NCBI RefSeq assembly: GCF_003334335.1
Contig: NZ_QOWQ01000029.1
Origin: Escherichia coli
GTDB taxonomy: Bacteria > Pseudomonadota > Gammaproteobacteria > Enterobacterales > Enterobacteriaceae
Reading direction: 5' to 3' (one strand)
DNA: 64,000 nt
Below the pieces are notes generated by a model, which made no database searches, was not told the origin of the DNA, and saw only the letters and a program-made list of their open reading frames with translations. Position numbers and translations under genes: made by a program. How positions within the stretch are numbered: the first letter of the stretch is position 1; each line of letters opens with the position of its first letter. Of this stretch, positions 12,625 through 24,717 are shown in pieces.

Positions 12625-12977
12625 GCAATAGAAAGATTCCTTTATTTGTCTATGTCGATATATTACCCAATGGAAATAGTCACTTTTTTCTACCCTAACA
12701 TACTGAGAATCTGAGGCAACCCCTGATGGCAAATGTGGCATGAATATTGATGCGAGCAAATCGCCGGAATTTCCCGTGATATAAGGGCTGAGAGCAAATC
12801 GAGAAAGTTGATATTTTTTGTCAAAGATAGCGAAAAAACGCCTGAATATTGTGGTTTCAGGCGAATAATGCAACAGAGTATCAGTGTAGATCACCACAAA
12901 TTATTTGCGTGATAAAAAGCTATTTGGCGGGAATTATTTCCCTGCTGCGGGTAGTGATATTTTTGAAAATAACACCC

Positions 12978-13946
<969 letters not shown>

Positions 13947-16091
13947 TTAAAGTGCACAGGAGACGCAGCCTTCAATTTCAGTGCCTTCCAGCGCCATCTG
14001 ACGCAGGCGGATGTAATAGAGCGTTTTGATACCCTTGCGCCAGGCGTAAATCTGCGCTTTGTTGATATCGCGAGTGGTGGCGGTATCGGGGAAAAAAAGC
14101 GTCAGCGACAGCCCCTGATCGACATGGCGAGTCGCTTCCGCGTAGGTGTCGATGATCTTTTCTGCGCCAATTTCGTAAGCGTCCTGATACAGCGCCAGAT
14201 TCTCGTTAGTCATAAACGGGGCAGGGTAGTAAACGCGTCCTGTTTTGCCCTCTTTGCGTATCTCTACTTTCGCCACAATCGGATGAATACTCGACGTAGC
14301 ATGGTTGATATAAGAGATAGAACCGGTTGGCGGCACCGCCTGAAGATTCTGGTTGTATATGCCGTAGCGCATCACGTCGTCGCGCAGCTGCGCCCACATC
14401 TCACGGGTAGGTAACGTAATACCGCTACGGGTAAACAGTTCGCCAACTTTCGCCGTTTTCGGCTGCCAGTTCCCTTGCAGATATTGGCTAAAATATTCAC
14501 CACTGGCATAGCGTGACTGTTTGAACCCGGCGAAGGTTTCACCGCGTTCGCGTGCCAGCAACATCGAGGTACGCAGTGCATGCCAGGTGATGGCATAGAA
14601 ATAGAGATTGGTGAAATCCAGTGCTTCCGGCGAACCATAAGCGATGCCTTCTCGCGCCAGATAGCCGTGTAAATTCATCTGCCCCAGTCCGATGGCGTGC
14701 GAGGCGGCATTTCCGGCTTCGATGGACGGCACGCTGCGGATATGACTCATATCTGATACTGCCGTTAAACCGCGCACGGCAGTCTCTACCGTGCGGGCAA
14801 AATCGGGGGAATCCATGGTGTGCGCAATATTCAACGAACCTAAATTGCAGGAAATATCATGGCCTGTGCGGGTATAGTCGAGATTCTCGTCATACTCTGA
14901 GGCGCTGTTAACCTGCAAAATTTCTGAGCAGAGATTACTCATATTTATGCGCCCGGCGATAGGGTTAGCACGGTTTACCGTGTCTTCATACATGATGTAG
15001 GGATAGCCGGACTCAAACTGGATTTCTGCCAGTCGCTGGAAGAAATCACGGGCGTTGAGGTATTTTTTGCGAATGCGTTCATCGGCAACCAGTTCGTCAT
15101 AGTGTTGGCTGATGGCCACATCGGCAAACGGCTTGCCATAAACTCGCTCTACGTCATAAGGCGAAAACAGCGCCATCTGCGCATTCTCTTTTGCCAGATG
15201 GAAAGTGATATCCGGGATCACCACGCCAAGCGACAGTGTTTTAATGCGGATTTTTTCGTCGGCATTTTCCCGTTTCGTGTCGAGAAAACGCAGAATATCG
15301 GGATGATGAGCATGTAAATAGACTGCACCAGCCCCCTGACGAGCGCCGAGTTGGTTGGCATAGGAAAATGCGTCTTCCAGCATTTTCATCACCGGAATTA
15401 CGCCAGAAGATTGATTTTCAATACGTTTAATTGGCGCGCCCGCTTCTCGCAGATTCGACAGCAAAAATGCTACGCCGCCGCCGCGTTTCGACAGCTGCAG
15501 TGCGGAATTTACCGCCCGACCAATCGACTCCATATTGTCTTCAATACGCAGCAAAAAACAGGAAACCAGTTCGCCGCGCTGCTGCTTACCGCAGTTGAGG
15601 AATGTTGGCGTGGCTGGCTGAAAGCGTCCTGACAGCATTTCATCGGTCAGTTGCAACGCCAGCGTCTCATCGCCTTGTGCCAGCGTCAGCGCCACCATCG
15701 TTACTCGATCGGCAAAATCTTCCAGATAACGTTTACCGTCGAATGTCTTCAACGTATAGCTGGTGTAAAACTTCCATGCCCCGAGGAATGTCTGGAAACG
15801 AAAACCGCTGGTGTGTGCGTGGGCAAACAGCGTAATGACAAAGTCGCGAGAGTAGCGATTAAGAACGCTTTCATCATAGTAACCTTCGTTGACCAGCCAG
15901 TTCAGGCGCTGCTGCTGGCTACTGAAGGTCACACTGTTCGGACGCACATGCGTCGCAATAAAGGCGTCAACGGCCTGGCGGTCTTTATCGAACTGAATGC
16001 GACCTGCGCTATCGTAGAGGTTAAGCATCGCATTCAGCGCGTGGTAATCCATCGTTTCCTGCGTCAGGCATTCTGCGGTTGTCGTTGCCAA
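13947..16091 (-). CDS. nrdE: Class Ib ribonucleotide reductase alpha subunit
   Basis: 714-aa ORF; C-terminal GCVSCAL redox tail. Confidence 0.95.
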
Positions 16092-16474
16092 AATTCGGTT
16101 ACTCCTTTACGAACGTTTTCGATATCGCTTTGCGTACCCATGAGTTCAAAACGGTACAGCCACGGCACGCCGCATTTCCGGGCAATCACATCTCCGGCGC
16201 GGCCATACGCCTCACCAAAGTTGCGATTACCAGAAGCAATAACGCCGCGAAGCAACGCCCGGTTGTGCTCGTCGTTTAAAAAGCGAATTACCTGTCGTGG
16301 CACCGCGCCAGCCGTACCGCCGCCGCCGTAAGAGGGCACGATCAGGATGTAAGGCTCGTCTACCTGAATCCGTTCCCGCTCATTGAGCGGGATGCGCACC
16401 GCGGGCAGACCTAAACGTTCGATAAAACGCTGCGTGTTTTCGGAGCTGCTGGAGAAGTAGACGAGCTGGCTCAT
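16064..16474 (-). CDS. nrdI: Flavodoxin-like NrdI
   Basis: 136-aa ORF overlapping the nrdE start by 28 nt. Confidence 0.93.
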
Positions 16475-16716
16475 GCACTGGCCGCGTGTGGCGCTGGATG
16501 CAGACGGTTAATCATGTCCGGACGGAAACCAGACCAGCTAAGATCGCCAGCAATCACTACCGGCAACTGACGAAAGCCCTGAGCACGCAACGCTTCTGCC
16601 GCTTCAGGAACGCGATCGACATTAATCATTTCAAAATCAAAGCCCCGGTTTTCCATCGCCCGTTTGGTGGCGTGGCACTGAACGCAATCGTTACGAGTGT
16701 AAATAGTAATGCGCAT
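16471..16716 (-). CDS. nrdH: Glutaredoxin-like NrdH
   Basis: 81-aa ORF with CVQC redox motif. Confidence 0.93.
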
Positions 16717-16860
16717 GATTCGTATTTCCGTTTAAAATGAAGATACGGCGCGATGATACGCGTCGGGTTGTCTCTCTGTTGATACAGAGATACTAGATGT
16801 AGTTGAAAAAAGATTCAACCACACAATATATAGCAAATATTGGTCGAAATTACCCTGGAT
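16717..16860 (-). promoter_or_regulatory. nrdHIEF promoter region with NrdR-box-like palindrome
   Basis: AT-rich region upstream of nrdH containing ACACAATATATAG and a second partial palindrome; Fur and NrdR regulation is from memory. Confidence 0.5.
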
Positions 16861-16899
16861 ATGAGCGTGACGGGGTAGGGGGATTTTTGTGATTCACCA

Positions 16900-16932
16900 G
16901 GCAAAAAGAAACCCCGAAGACAGGCTTCGGGG
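16900..16932 (-). terminator. Rho-independent terminator after ygaM
   Basis: Minus strand ACCCCGAAGCCTGTCTTCGGGGTTTCTTTTTG. Confidence 0.7.
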
Positions 16933-16963
16933 TCAAAGACGCGTATTTATTATCATTTTTGCA

Positions 16964-17293
16964 CTACGATTTGCGCATGCTTAACAGTGCGCCGATAAAA
17001 ATACCTACCGCAGCTGCTGTACCCACGCTACACCAGGGTCTTTCACGAACAAAAGAATCCGCGCAGCCAACGGCATCGCGCGCGGCTTGCTGGACGCGAG
17101 TACGACCATGCATTCGCGCCCTGGTTTCTTTCAGCAATGCCTGAGCTTTACTGCGTGCGGCTTCAGCTTCCCCTTTGGCGTCGCTGCCCCAGGACTTCAA
17201 TACAGATTCGAGGCTGTCAGCTAATTGATTGACATCATTCTGGATATCCTGCACGCCATCATCAACGTCGTTGCGGTTCGGTCGGTTAAACAT
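16964..17293 (-). CDS. ygaM: DUF883/ElaB-family ribosome-associated membrane-anchored protein
   Basis: ORF 16964..17305; start moved to MFNRPNRNDVDD; C-terminal TM helix. Confidence 0.8.
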   Translation of the reverse strand: MFNRPNRNDVDDGVQDIQNDVNQLADSLESVLKSWGSDAKGEAEAARSKAQALLKETRARMHGRTRVQQAARDAVGCADSFVRERPWCSVGTAAAVGIFIGALLSMRKS

Positions 17294-17444
17294 ATGATCC
17301 CCCATTAGAATTCGATGTAATTTTCAGTGTAGACCATAATTTTCTTAACTGAGGTTCATCGCGGCTTTATGGACTTTTCTGAAAGCGTTGTGAATGCGCA
17401 ATCAGGTAAGGTAGGCCCGCGGTTGATAATAACGAGGATCAAAT

Positions 17445-17789
17445 ATGTATTTACGACCAGACGAGGTGGCGCGCGTACTTGAAAAAGTCGGTTTTACTGT
17501 CGATGTGGTAACCCAGAAAGCGTATGGTTACCGCCGTGGGGAAAATTATGTCTATGTTAATCGCGAAGCGCGAATGGGACGTACCGCTCTGGTAATTCAT
17601 CCAACATTAAAAGAACGCAGTTCGACACTGGCTGAACCCGCTTCCGATATTAAAACTTGCGATCATTACCAGCAATTTCCGCTCTATTTAGCAGGCGAGC
17701 GACACGAGCATTACGGTATCCCGCATGGCTTTAGTTCGCGTGTTGCGCTTGAACGTTATTTGAATGGTTTATTTGGCGAAGCCAGTTAA
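17445..17789 (+). CDS. ygaC: Uncharacterized protein YgaC (DUF2002)
   Basis: 114-aa [20 protein letters not shown]. Confidence 0.85.
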
Positions 17790-17825
17790 AGACGCGACTG
17801 GCGATGCCAGTCGCGAAAAGAAGAG

Positions 17826-18275
17826 TCAGGCTTTTACCTGCTGGTAACGGCTGACTTTAAACAGTCGGCGGCAATAATCGAGGAAGTAGCCATAAACCGC
17901 CCCCATCAACATCGAAACAACGATGTTTGAACTGACCGCCGCCATAATCTGATGCCAGTCTGCGCCCACCACTAACAAGATCGCCACATACACCGGTGAC
18001 TGGAACGTCACATAAGCCAGGATATCCGCCAGATTTTTTATCCAGCCCGACGGGCTAACTTTGCGTGCCGCGCGCATAAACAGATCACGGTACATACCGT
18101 ATGGCCATGCAATTAAGATGTTCACCGGAATCGCTACCAATCTGGAATAAAAAGACTGTTCGAAGCTCATTCCGGAGAGGAAAACTTCAATACACATGTT
18201 CACGACAGAACAGTAAACAACCATCGCGAACGTATCTGCAACTGCATGACGCAAGCGTGACTGCGGTGAGAACAT
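17826..18275 (-). CDS. alaE: L-alanine exporter
   Basis: 149-aa membrane ORF. Confidence 0.85.
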   Translation of the reverse strand: MFSPQSRLRHAVADTFAMVVYCSVVNMCIEVFLSGMSFEQSFYSRLVAIPVNILIAWPYGMYRDLFMRAARKVSPSGWIKNLADILAYVTFQSPVYVAILLVVGADWHQIMAAVSSNIVVSMLMGAVYGYFLDYCRRLFKVSRYQQVKA

Positions 18276-18943
18276 GCTAATGCTCCTTAATAAAAGCGTA
18301 ATGGGATGTTAATGGAGATGAAAGCAGTGGATCTCATTGCCATCTGCATTTTCGCATAGCGTATATCGCTGGCTATGACTAATCAATTAGTGAAAAATTT
18401 TTATTTAGTCAGTTTTTGTAGATAAAATATTCCGTAACGGCTCGTTTTTTGTACATTGTGGATTTTTACATGCCGATATGATTTATTTTTAATTAAATCA
18501 ATTAGATATGGCCTTACCTTTAATATCACTAATGAAAGTTTGGGGGTGAGGTAACGCTATAAGCGTAGAGAATTCGGTGTATGTAGTAGCTGGGTCATTT
18601 TCAGCATTTTTTATGCCAGACAATGTACATTAACAGCAGAAAGCACCAGTGATGGATGTTTTCTTTTATTCTGTTATATTGCATTTTTATTCACTTTGAT
18701 TTTGTCAGGCTTGCGGAATTAGCGAGCAGAGAGCGCCGCTCTGTTCACCAATAATCTAAATTACTCATCAAAATGGCTAATATATAATCTTGAAATTATT
18801 CTGAGAGTTTCAGAAAATAACAGCTGAAATAATCTCGCGCAGGACTGTAAATAGATTAAATTTTGTGGAAATATAATAAGTGATCGCTTACACTACGCGA
18901 CGAAATACTTTTTTTGTTTTGGCGTTAAAAGGTTTTCTTTATT

Positions 18944-19348
18944 ATGTCCGTAATGTTACAAAGTTTAAATAACATTCGCACCCTCCGTGCGATGGCTCGC
19001 GAATTCTCCATTGACGTTCTTGAAGAAATGCTCGAAAAATTCAGGGTTGTCACTAAAGAAAGACGTGAAGAAGAAGAACAGCAGCAGCGTGAACTGGCAG
19101 AGCGCCAGGAAAAAATTAGCACCTGGCTGGAGCTGATGAAAGCTGACGGAATTAACCCGGAAGAGTTATTGGGTAATAGCTCTGCTGCTGCACCACGCGC
19201 TGGTAAAAAACGCCAGCCGCGTCCGGCGAAATATAAATTCACCGATGTTAACGGTGAAACTAAAACCTGGACCGGTCAGGGCCGTACACCGAAGCCAATT
19301 GCTCAGGCGCTGGCAGAAGGTAAATCTCTCGACGATTTCCTGATCTAA
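18944..19348 (+). CDS. stpA: H-NS paralog StpA
   Basis: 134-aa [24 protein letters not shown]; long AT-rich upstream region. Confidence 0.95.
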   Translation: MSVMLQSLNNIRTLRAMAREFSIDVLEEMLEKFRVVTKERREEEEQQQRELAERQEKISTWLELMKADGINPEELLGNSSAAAPRAGKKRQPRPAKYKFTDVNGETKTWTGQGRTPKPIAQALAEGKSLDDFLI

Positions 19349-19394
19349 TTACTGAGGCCGGATGTCGCTGCTAGGGCGCGTCCGGCGTCGCTTC

Positions 19395-19919
19395 TCAAGC
19401 TCGTTGGTTCCACGGCATCTTATCTAACAACCTTGCCATTCCACAAAAACCGCTGATTCCTGCAAACAGTAACCCGGCACCAACAAAGCCACTTAATAAG
19501 AAGAAACCGCTATTTACGGTATAACCCAGTACAACGCCGATTAATATTAAACCACCCGCAGCGATCTGCACCTGGCGCATTAACGGCAAGGGTTGAGATT
19601 TATTTACCGCTACTGGCAATCCTGCTTTTTTCCAGCCATCAATCCCATCTTCGAGTAAAAAGATTTCTGCGGGGGCGGCAATCGCTGCTAATTTATCGGC
19701 ATTATTACTGGTGCGTTTACCTGCCTGGCAGTGGAATATAATTTGCTCGTGACGTAATTTAGCCGGAAGACCTGACTGTTCCAGCACGGATAATGGAGCC
19801 AGATCTGCTTCAGGAATATGTTCACGAAGATATTCATCAGCATCACGAATATCGATTAACTTTGCGCCGCGTGCGATTAATTCTTGTGCATCATGCGGCG
19901 AAATGGTTGTCAAAGCCAT
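19395..19919 (-). CDS. ygaP: Rhodanese-domain inner membrane sulfurtransferase
   Basis: 174-aa ORF, rhodanese active-site Cys (FHCQAGKR), C-terminal TM helices. Confidence 0.88.
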
Positions 19920-19928
19920 AGTGACTCC

Positions 19929-20228
19929 TTACGGACAATAGACATTTTTCAGGGTGGCGATAATGGCATTTACCGCCTCATTTTTAATGGAATATAGAAT
20001 GCGTTGGGCATCCCGTTGGCTGTCGATAAGCCCTTCGTCCCGCATACGAGCGAGATGCTGTGATGTCGCAGAGGCACTCAGTCCGGTAATGCGCGTCAGC
20101 TCTCCCGCGCTGGTGCCGGGGGAACCGCTAAGCATGCACAGAATCAGCAATCGTTTAGGGTGGCTCATTGCTTTCAATAAGGCCGCTGCCTGTTCGGCAC
20201 TGGCCTGTAATTGCGCGAGTTCAGTCAT
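19929..20228 (-). CDS. ygaV: ArsR/SmtB-family transcriptional regulator
   Basis: 99-aa wHTH ORF immediately upstream of ygaP. Confidence 0.88.
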   Translation of the reverse strand: MTELAQLQASAEQAAALLKAMSHPKRLLILCMLSGSPGTSAGELTRITGLSASATSQHLARMRDEGLIDSQRDAQRILYSIKNEAVNAIIATLKNVYCP

Positions 20229-20410
20229 ATTTATTTAAGTATTTTCTAAATTAAGTAAACTCTAAACTAAAAATGCAACATATACCAGCCTCAGCAGCGT
20301 AAATGAGAGTAAAAGCGTAAGCTGAAACTGGCAGGCTCCGCTAAAATTACTACGCTTAAGAGATAAAATCTCTTTTTAAACAATGAGTAATTTTCTTATA
20401 GGGAGTACAT

Positions 20411-20569
20411 ATGGGTTTCTGGAGAATCGTCATCACCATCATTCTGCCGCCGCTCGGCGTGCTGCTCGGTAAAGGGTTCGGTTGGGCGTTCATTATTAAT
20501 ATTCTGTTGACACTGCTTGGGTATATCCCCGGTTTGATTCACGCGTTCTGGGTGCAAACCCGCGATTAA
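20411..20569 (+). CDS. yqaE: Pmp3/UPF0057-family small membrane protein (52 aa)
   Basis: Read directly from the sequence: MGFWRIVITIILPPLGVLLGKGFGWAFIINILLTLLGYIPGLIHAFWVQTRD; below the ORF-track size cutoff. Confidence 0.85.
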   Translation: MGFWRIVITIILPPLGVLLGKGFGWAFIINILLTLLGYIPGLIHAFWVQTRD

Positions 20570-20652
20570 ACCTGTGCTCATCCCCGCGGCGTTAACGCGC
20601 CGCGTTCCTCTGCTACACTTTCTGAGTGTTTCCGTTAACGAATGAGGTAGCT

Positions 20653-21102
20653 ATGGGTCTGTTCAATTTTGTGAAAGATGCCGGAGAAAAACTCTGGGAC
20701 GCGGTTACAGGTCAGCACGATAAAGACGATCAGGCGAAGAAGGTGCAGGAGCATCTGAACAAAACCGGTATACCGGATGCCGATAAAGTGAATATTCAAA
20801 TTGCCGACGGCAAAGCGACGGTCACTGGTGACGGCCTGAGTCAGGAGGCGAAGGAGAAAATCCTTGTTGCGGTGGGGAATATTTCCGGTATTGCCAGTGT
20901 CGATGATCAGGTGAAAACGGCGACACCAGCCACTGCCAGCCAGTTTTATACCGTTAAGTCTGGCGACACTCTGAGTGCCATTTCCAAACAGGTCTACGGT
21001 AACGCTAATCTGTACAATAAAATCTTCGAAGCGAATAAACCGATGCTAAAAAGCCCGGATAAAATTTATCCGGGGCAAGTGTTGCGTATTCCGGAAGAGT
21101 AG
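20653..21102 (+). CDS. kbp: BON-LysM potassium-binding protein Kbp (YgaU)
   Basis: ORF 20626..21102; start moved to [15 protein letters not shown]-terminal LysM ([13 protein letters not shown]). Confidence 0.88.
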
Positions 21103-21765
21103 TTAATTGCCAGCCATCGCCTGCTGGATAATGGGAATTGGCGTCAGTAAATGCTGGCGCATTAACTCACTGGCGCGCGCGGTATCTCGCGCCAGTACCG
21201 CCGCAGTCAGGGTCTGGTGCTGATCGTGTTTATCCTCCAGCATTTCCACCGAAAGCACCGTTCGCCGCAGCCAGATAAATCGATAACGCGCCGCCAGATC
21301 AAACAACCGTTCACGCATTTGCAGCAAATAGTGAGAACCACAGCCCGCCACAATTGCCGTATGAAACGCCTGATGACGCAGATCCCACTCATCAAGCATT
21401 TTCTCGCTGGCGTCACAGGCCTCAAGCTTACTCAGCAGATGCGCTTTTGCGAGAACGTCTGCCTCCCACTCATCGCCACCGCGGGCAATCGCCAGACTCA
21501 CTAACATCGCTTCCATATTGGCGCGGGCGTCGAAAATATCGAGCAGCTCCTGCTCTGACATAGACGCCACCCGATACCCTTTTTGATTCACCACCGTGAC
21601 CAGCCGTTCCGCCACCAGTTGCGAAAGAGCTTCCCGTAACGGCCCAACGCCAAGTGCATAACGCGATGTCAGCAAACTCATTCGTAATTTTTCATCCGGT
21701 TGAAAATTACCGCGAATAATATCGTTCTTCAGCCAGCGATAGCCATCCAGAGACGTAATGGTCAT
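21103..21765 (-). CDS. csiR: GntR/FadR-family repressor CsiR
   Basis: ORF 21103..21783; start moved to MTITSLDGYRWL. Confidence 0.85.
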   Translation of the reverse strand: MTITSLDGYRWLKNDIIRGNFQPDEKLRMSLLTSRYALGVGPLREALSQLVAERLVTVVNQKGYRVASMSEQELLDIFDARANMEAMLVSLAIARGGDEWEADVLAKAHLLSKLEACDASEKMLDEWDLRHQAFHTAIVAGCGSHYLLQMRERLFDLAARYRFIWLRRTVLSVEMLEDKHDQHQTLTAAVLARDTARASELMRQHLLTPIPIIQQAMAGN

Positions 21766-21785
21766 GGTGTGACTCCTGATCATGA

Positions 21786-23186
21786 TCAGCGCGTATTATG
21801 AACGGGTGTTTTTTGCCACAATACCAGCTTTTTCCAGCGAGCCATAATTGGCACGGTACAGATAATCCCTATCGCTAATAAGCCGGTGGAGATCACTTCT
21901 AACTGTTGCGCCGGACGGAATAGCATCACTACCAACACAAAGGTAATAAAGCCGATGACTAGCCAGGTGAGCCACGGATAAAGCCACATTCGCAAGCGAA
22001 TTTCGCTTCCTTCTGCTCGCAGAATTTTGCGCATCCGCAACTGTGAAACGGCGATGACTAAATAAACCAGCAGGGCGATAGCGCCGGAGCTGTCGATCAG
22101 AAATTTAAATACCTTCGCAGGCGCGTAATAGTTCACCACCACCGTTAAGAATGCCGCGCCGGTGGAGAGTAACACCGCCACGTACGGGGTTTTACTGCGG
22201 TTGATTTTACCCATTACCGCGGGAGCATCACCGCGACGACTTAAGGAGTAGAGCATCCTTGACGCGGTATACAGCGCCGAGTTCAGGCAACTGGTTACGG
22301 AAAGTAATATCACGCAGTCCATGATTAATTTCGCATGGGGAATATTGAGCAATTCCAGTACCGAGCGATAAGAACCGACGGCTTTTAGTCCGGGCATATT
22401 CCACGGAATTAATGCCACGACGACAAAAATAGAACATAAATAGAAGATAGAAATACGCCAGATAACCGAGTTGGTGGCGCGGACAATATGTTTTTCCGGC
22501 GTGTCGGATTCCGCGGCGGCAATGGTGACAATTTCTGCGCCCATAAACGAGAACATGGTGATCAACATCGCGCTTAATACCGCACCGAAACCGTTGGGCA
22601 TAAAGCCGCCGCTATCCCACAATCTTGAGATCCCGCTCACTTCGGCATACGGGTAAAAACCGCTAATTGCGACTGCACCAAGGAAAATAAAGGCCAGGAT
22701 AGCGATGACTTTGCACAGCGCCAGCCAGAACTCAAATTCGCCGTAGTTTTTAACGCTTAATAAGTTACTGCCAGTTAAGGCGAGGGTAATGACGAGGGAA
22801 AATAACCAGATGGGAATGCCTGGAACCCATGAGTGCAGGATCATGGCGGCGATGTTGGCTTCCAGCGGGATAACCAGTACCCAAAACCACCAGTACAACC
22901 AGCCGATGGTATAGCCCGCCCAGCGACCAATGGCTTTATCGGCATAGGTGGAAAACGAACCGGTATCGGGCGTGGCAACCGCCATTTCCGCCAACATCCG
23001 CATAATCATAACCACCAGTAGCCCGGCGAACAGATAGGCCAGTAATACCGCCGGGCCCGCTTCGGCGATGGCGACGCTGGAACCGACAAACAGACTTGCG
23101 CCGATAACACCGGCAATAGACAACATGGTGACGTGGCGTGACTTCAGCCCGCCGCCTAACTCATGTGGTTGCGATGATTGCCCCAT
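21786..23186 (-). CDS. gabP: GABA permease (APC family)
   Basis: ORF 21786..23249; start moved to MGQSSQPHELGGGLKSRH. Confidence 0.93.
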   Translation of the reverse strand: MGQSSQPHELGGGLKSRHVTMLSIAGVIGASLFVGSSVAIAEAGPAVLLAYLFAGLLVVMIMRMLAEMAVATPDTGSFSTYADKAIGRWAGYTIGWLYWWFWVLVIPLEANIAAMILHSWVPGIPIWLFSLVITLALTGSNLLSVKNYGEFEFWLALCKVIAILAFIFLGAVAISGFYPYAEVSGISRLWDSGGFMPNGFGAVLSAMLITMFSFMGAEIVTIAAAESDTPEKHIVRATNSVIWRISIFYLCSIFVVVALIPWNMPGLKAVGSYRSVLELLNIPHAKLIMDCVILLSVTSCLNSALYTASRMLYSLSRRGDAPAVMGKINRSKTPYVAVLLSTGAAFLTVVVNYYAPAKVFKFLIDSSGAIALLVYLVIAVSQLRMRKILRAEGSEIRLRMWLYPWLTWLVIGFITFVLVVMLFRPAQQLEVISTGLLAIGIICTVPIMARWKKLVLWQKTPVHNTR

Positions 23187-23333
23187 TCTGAATCCTCTCG
23201 AAAGTGTGTCACTTGGGAGAGCGCCCCGACATTTCCCGCGCCGGGTCACGCGTATAATTGTTATTGATTCTTTTTGCCGGAGAGCGGCTCCGCCTTACCC
23301 GGCCAACATAGATTTCTTCCTGTTCACGTACAG

Positions 23334-23418
23334 ATTGTCGGATGCGGCGTAAACGCCTTATCCGACCTGGATCCCCGTAGGCCGGACAAGACGCGCAGCG
23401 TCGCCTCCGGCATAGGAG
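23334..23418. repeat. REP element(s) in the gabT-gabP intergenic region
   Basis: CGGATGCGGCGTAAACGCCTTATCCGACC and GTAGGCCGGACAAGACGCGCAGCGTCGCCTCCGGCA. Confidence 0.75.
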
Positions 23419-23423
23419 CGGCG

Positions 23424-24704
23424 CTACTGCTTCGCCTCATCAAAACACTGGCTGATGATCTCCAGACCCTGACGGATCTGAGCGTCTTCAATGGTGAGCG
23501 GTACAAGGATGCGCAGCACGTTGTAATACGGGCCGCAGGAGAGAAGAATCAGGCCTTTATCGCGGGCGCGAGCCACGATCTCGGCGGTGAGTTTGGCGTC
23601 CGGCTTGTTGTGATCGCCGTCTTCAAACAGCTCAATGGCGATCATCGCCCCCAGCCCGCGTACGTCGCCGATCTCCGGGTGTTTTTCGGCTATCGCCAGC
23701 AATCCGTCTTTCAACTTCTGCCCCAGATCGTTGGCTTTTTGCAGCAGATTTTCCTGCTCAAACACCTTCAACACTTCCAGCGCAGCCACGCAGGCAATCG
23801 GGTTACCCGCATAGGTGCCGCCCAGACCGCCTGGAGCGACGGCATCCATTACTTCCGCGCGCCCGGTGACGCCCGCCAGCGGGAAGCCGCCCGCGATCGA
23901 TTTCGCAAAGGTGGTAAGATCCGGCGCAACGCCCATCTGCTCCATCGCAAACAGCGTGCCGGTACGCCCCGCGCCGCTCTGCACTTCATCGGCAATCAGC
24001 ATGATCCCGTGCTCGTCACACAGAGCGCGTAAACGCTGCATAAAGGCTGGCGACGAGGCGTAGAAACCGCCTTCGCCCTGAACCGGCTCAATCACGATGG
24101 CGGCGATATCTTCCGGCGCGGCATCATTTTTGAAGATCCGGTGGATGCTGGCGATAGCGTCATCCTCGCTTATGCCGTGCAGCGGGCAAGGATAAAGCGC
24201 GCGATAAACATGACCCGGCATCAGCCCCATGCCCGCAGAGTACGGATTCACCTTGCCGGTCAGCGCCAGCGTGTAATGCGTGCGCCCGTGATACGCGCCG
24301 CTAAAAGCGATGGTGCCGCTACGTTTGGTGGCGGCGCGGGCGATTTTTACCGCGTTTTCCACCGCTTCGGAACCGGTCGTAACCAGCAGCGTTTTCTTGG
24401 CGAAATCGCCCGGCACCTTCTGATTCATAATCTCGCACAGCTCCAGATACGGCTCGTAAGCCAGCACCTGGAAGCAGGTGTGCGACAGTTTTTTCAACTG
24501 CGCTTCCACCGCGGCCACCACCTTCGGATGCAGGTGCCCGGTATTGAGCACCGCAATCCCGCCCGCGAAATCAAGATACTCACGGCCTTCAACGTCCCAC
24601 ACCCGGCAGTTTTCCGCGCGGTCAGCGAAAATCGGGTGAATTTGCCCAACGCCACGGGGAATCGCCTGACTGCGGCGCTGCATTAACTCTTTATTGCTGT
24701 TCAT
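23424..24704 (-). CDS. gabT: 4-aminobutyrate aminotransferase
   Basis: ORF 23424..24710; start moved to MNSNKELMQRR; class III PLP aminotransferase. Confidence 0.93.
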   Translation of the reverse strand: MNSNKELMQRRSQAIPRGVGQIHPIFADRAENCRVWDVEGREYLDFAGGIAVLNTGHLHPKVVAAVEAQLKKLSHTCFQVLAYEPYLELCEIMNQKVPGDFAKKTLLVTTGSEAVENAVKIARAATKRSGTIAFSGAYHGRTHYTLALTGKVNPYSAGMGLMPGHVYRALYPCPLHGISEDDAIASIHRIFKNDAAPEDIAAIVIEPVQGEGGFYASSPAFMQRLRALCDEHGIMLIADEVQSGAGRTGTLFAMEQMGVAPDLTTFAKSIAGGFPLAGVTGRAEVMDAVAPGGLGGTYAGNPIACVAALEVLKVFEQENLLQKANDLGQKLKDGLLAIAEKHPEIGDVRGLGAMIAIELFEDGDHNKPDAKLTAEIVARARDKGLILLSCGPYYNVLRILVPLTIEDAQIRQGLEIISQCFDEAKQ

Positions 24705-24717
24705 TCGCATTCTCCAG

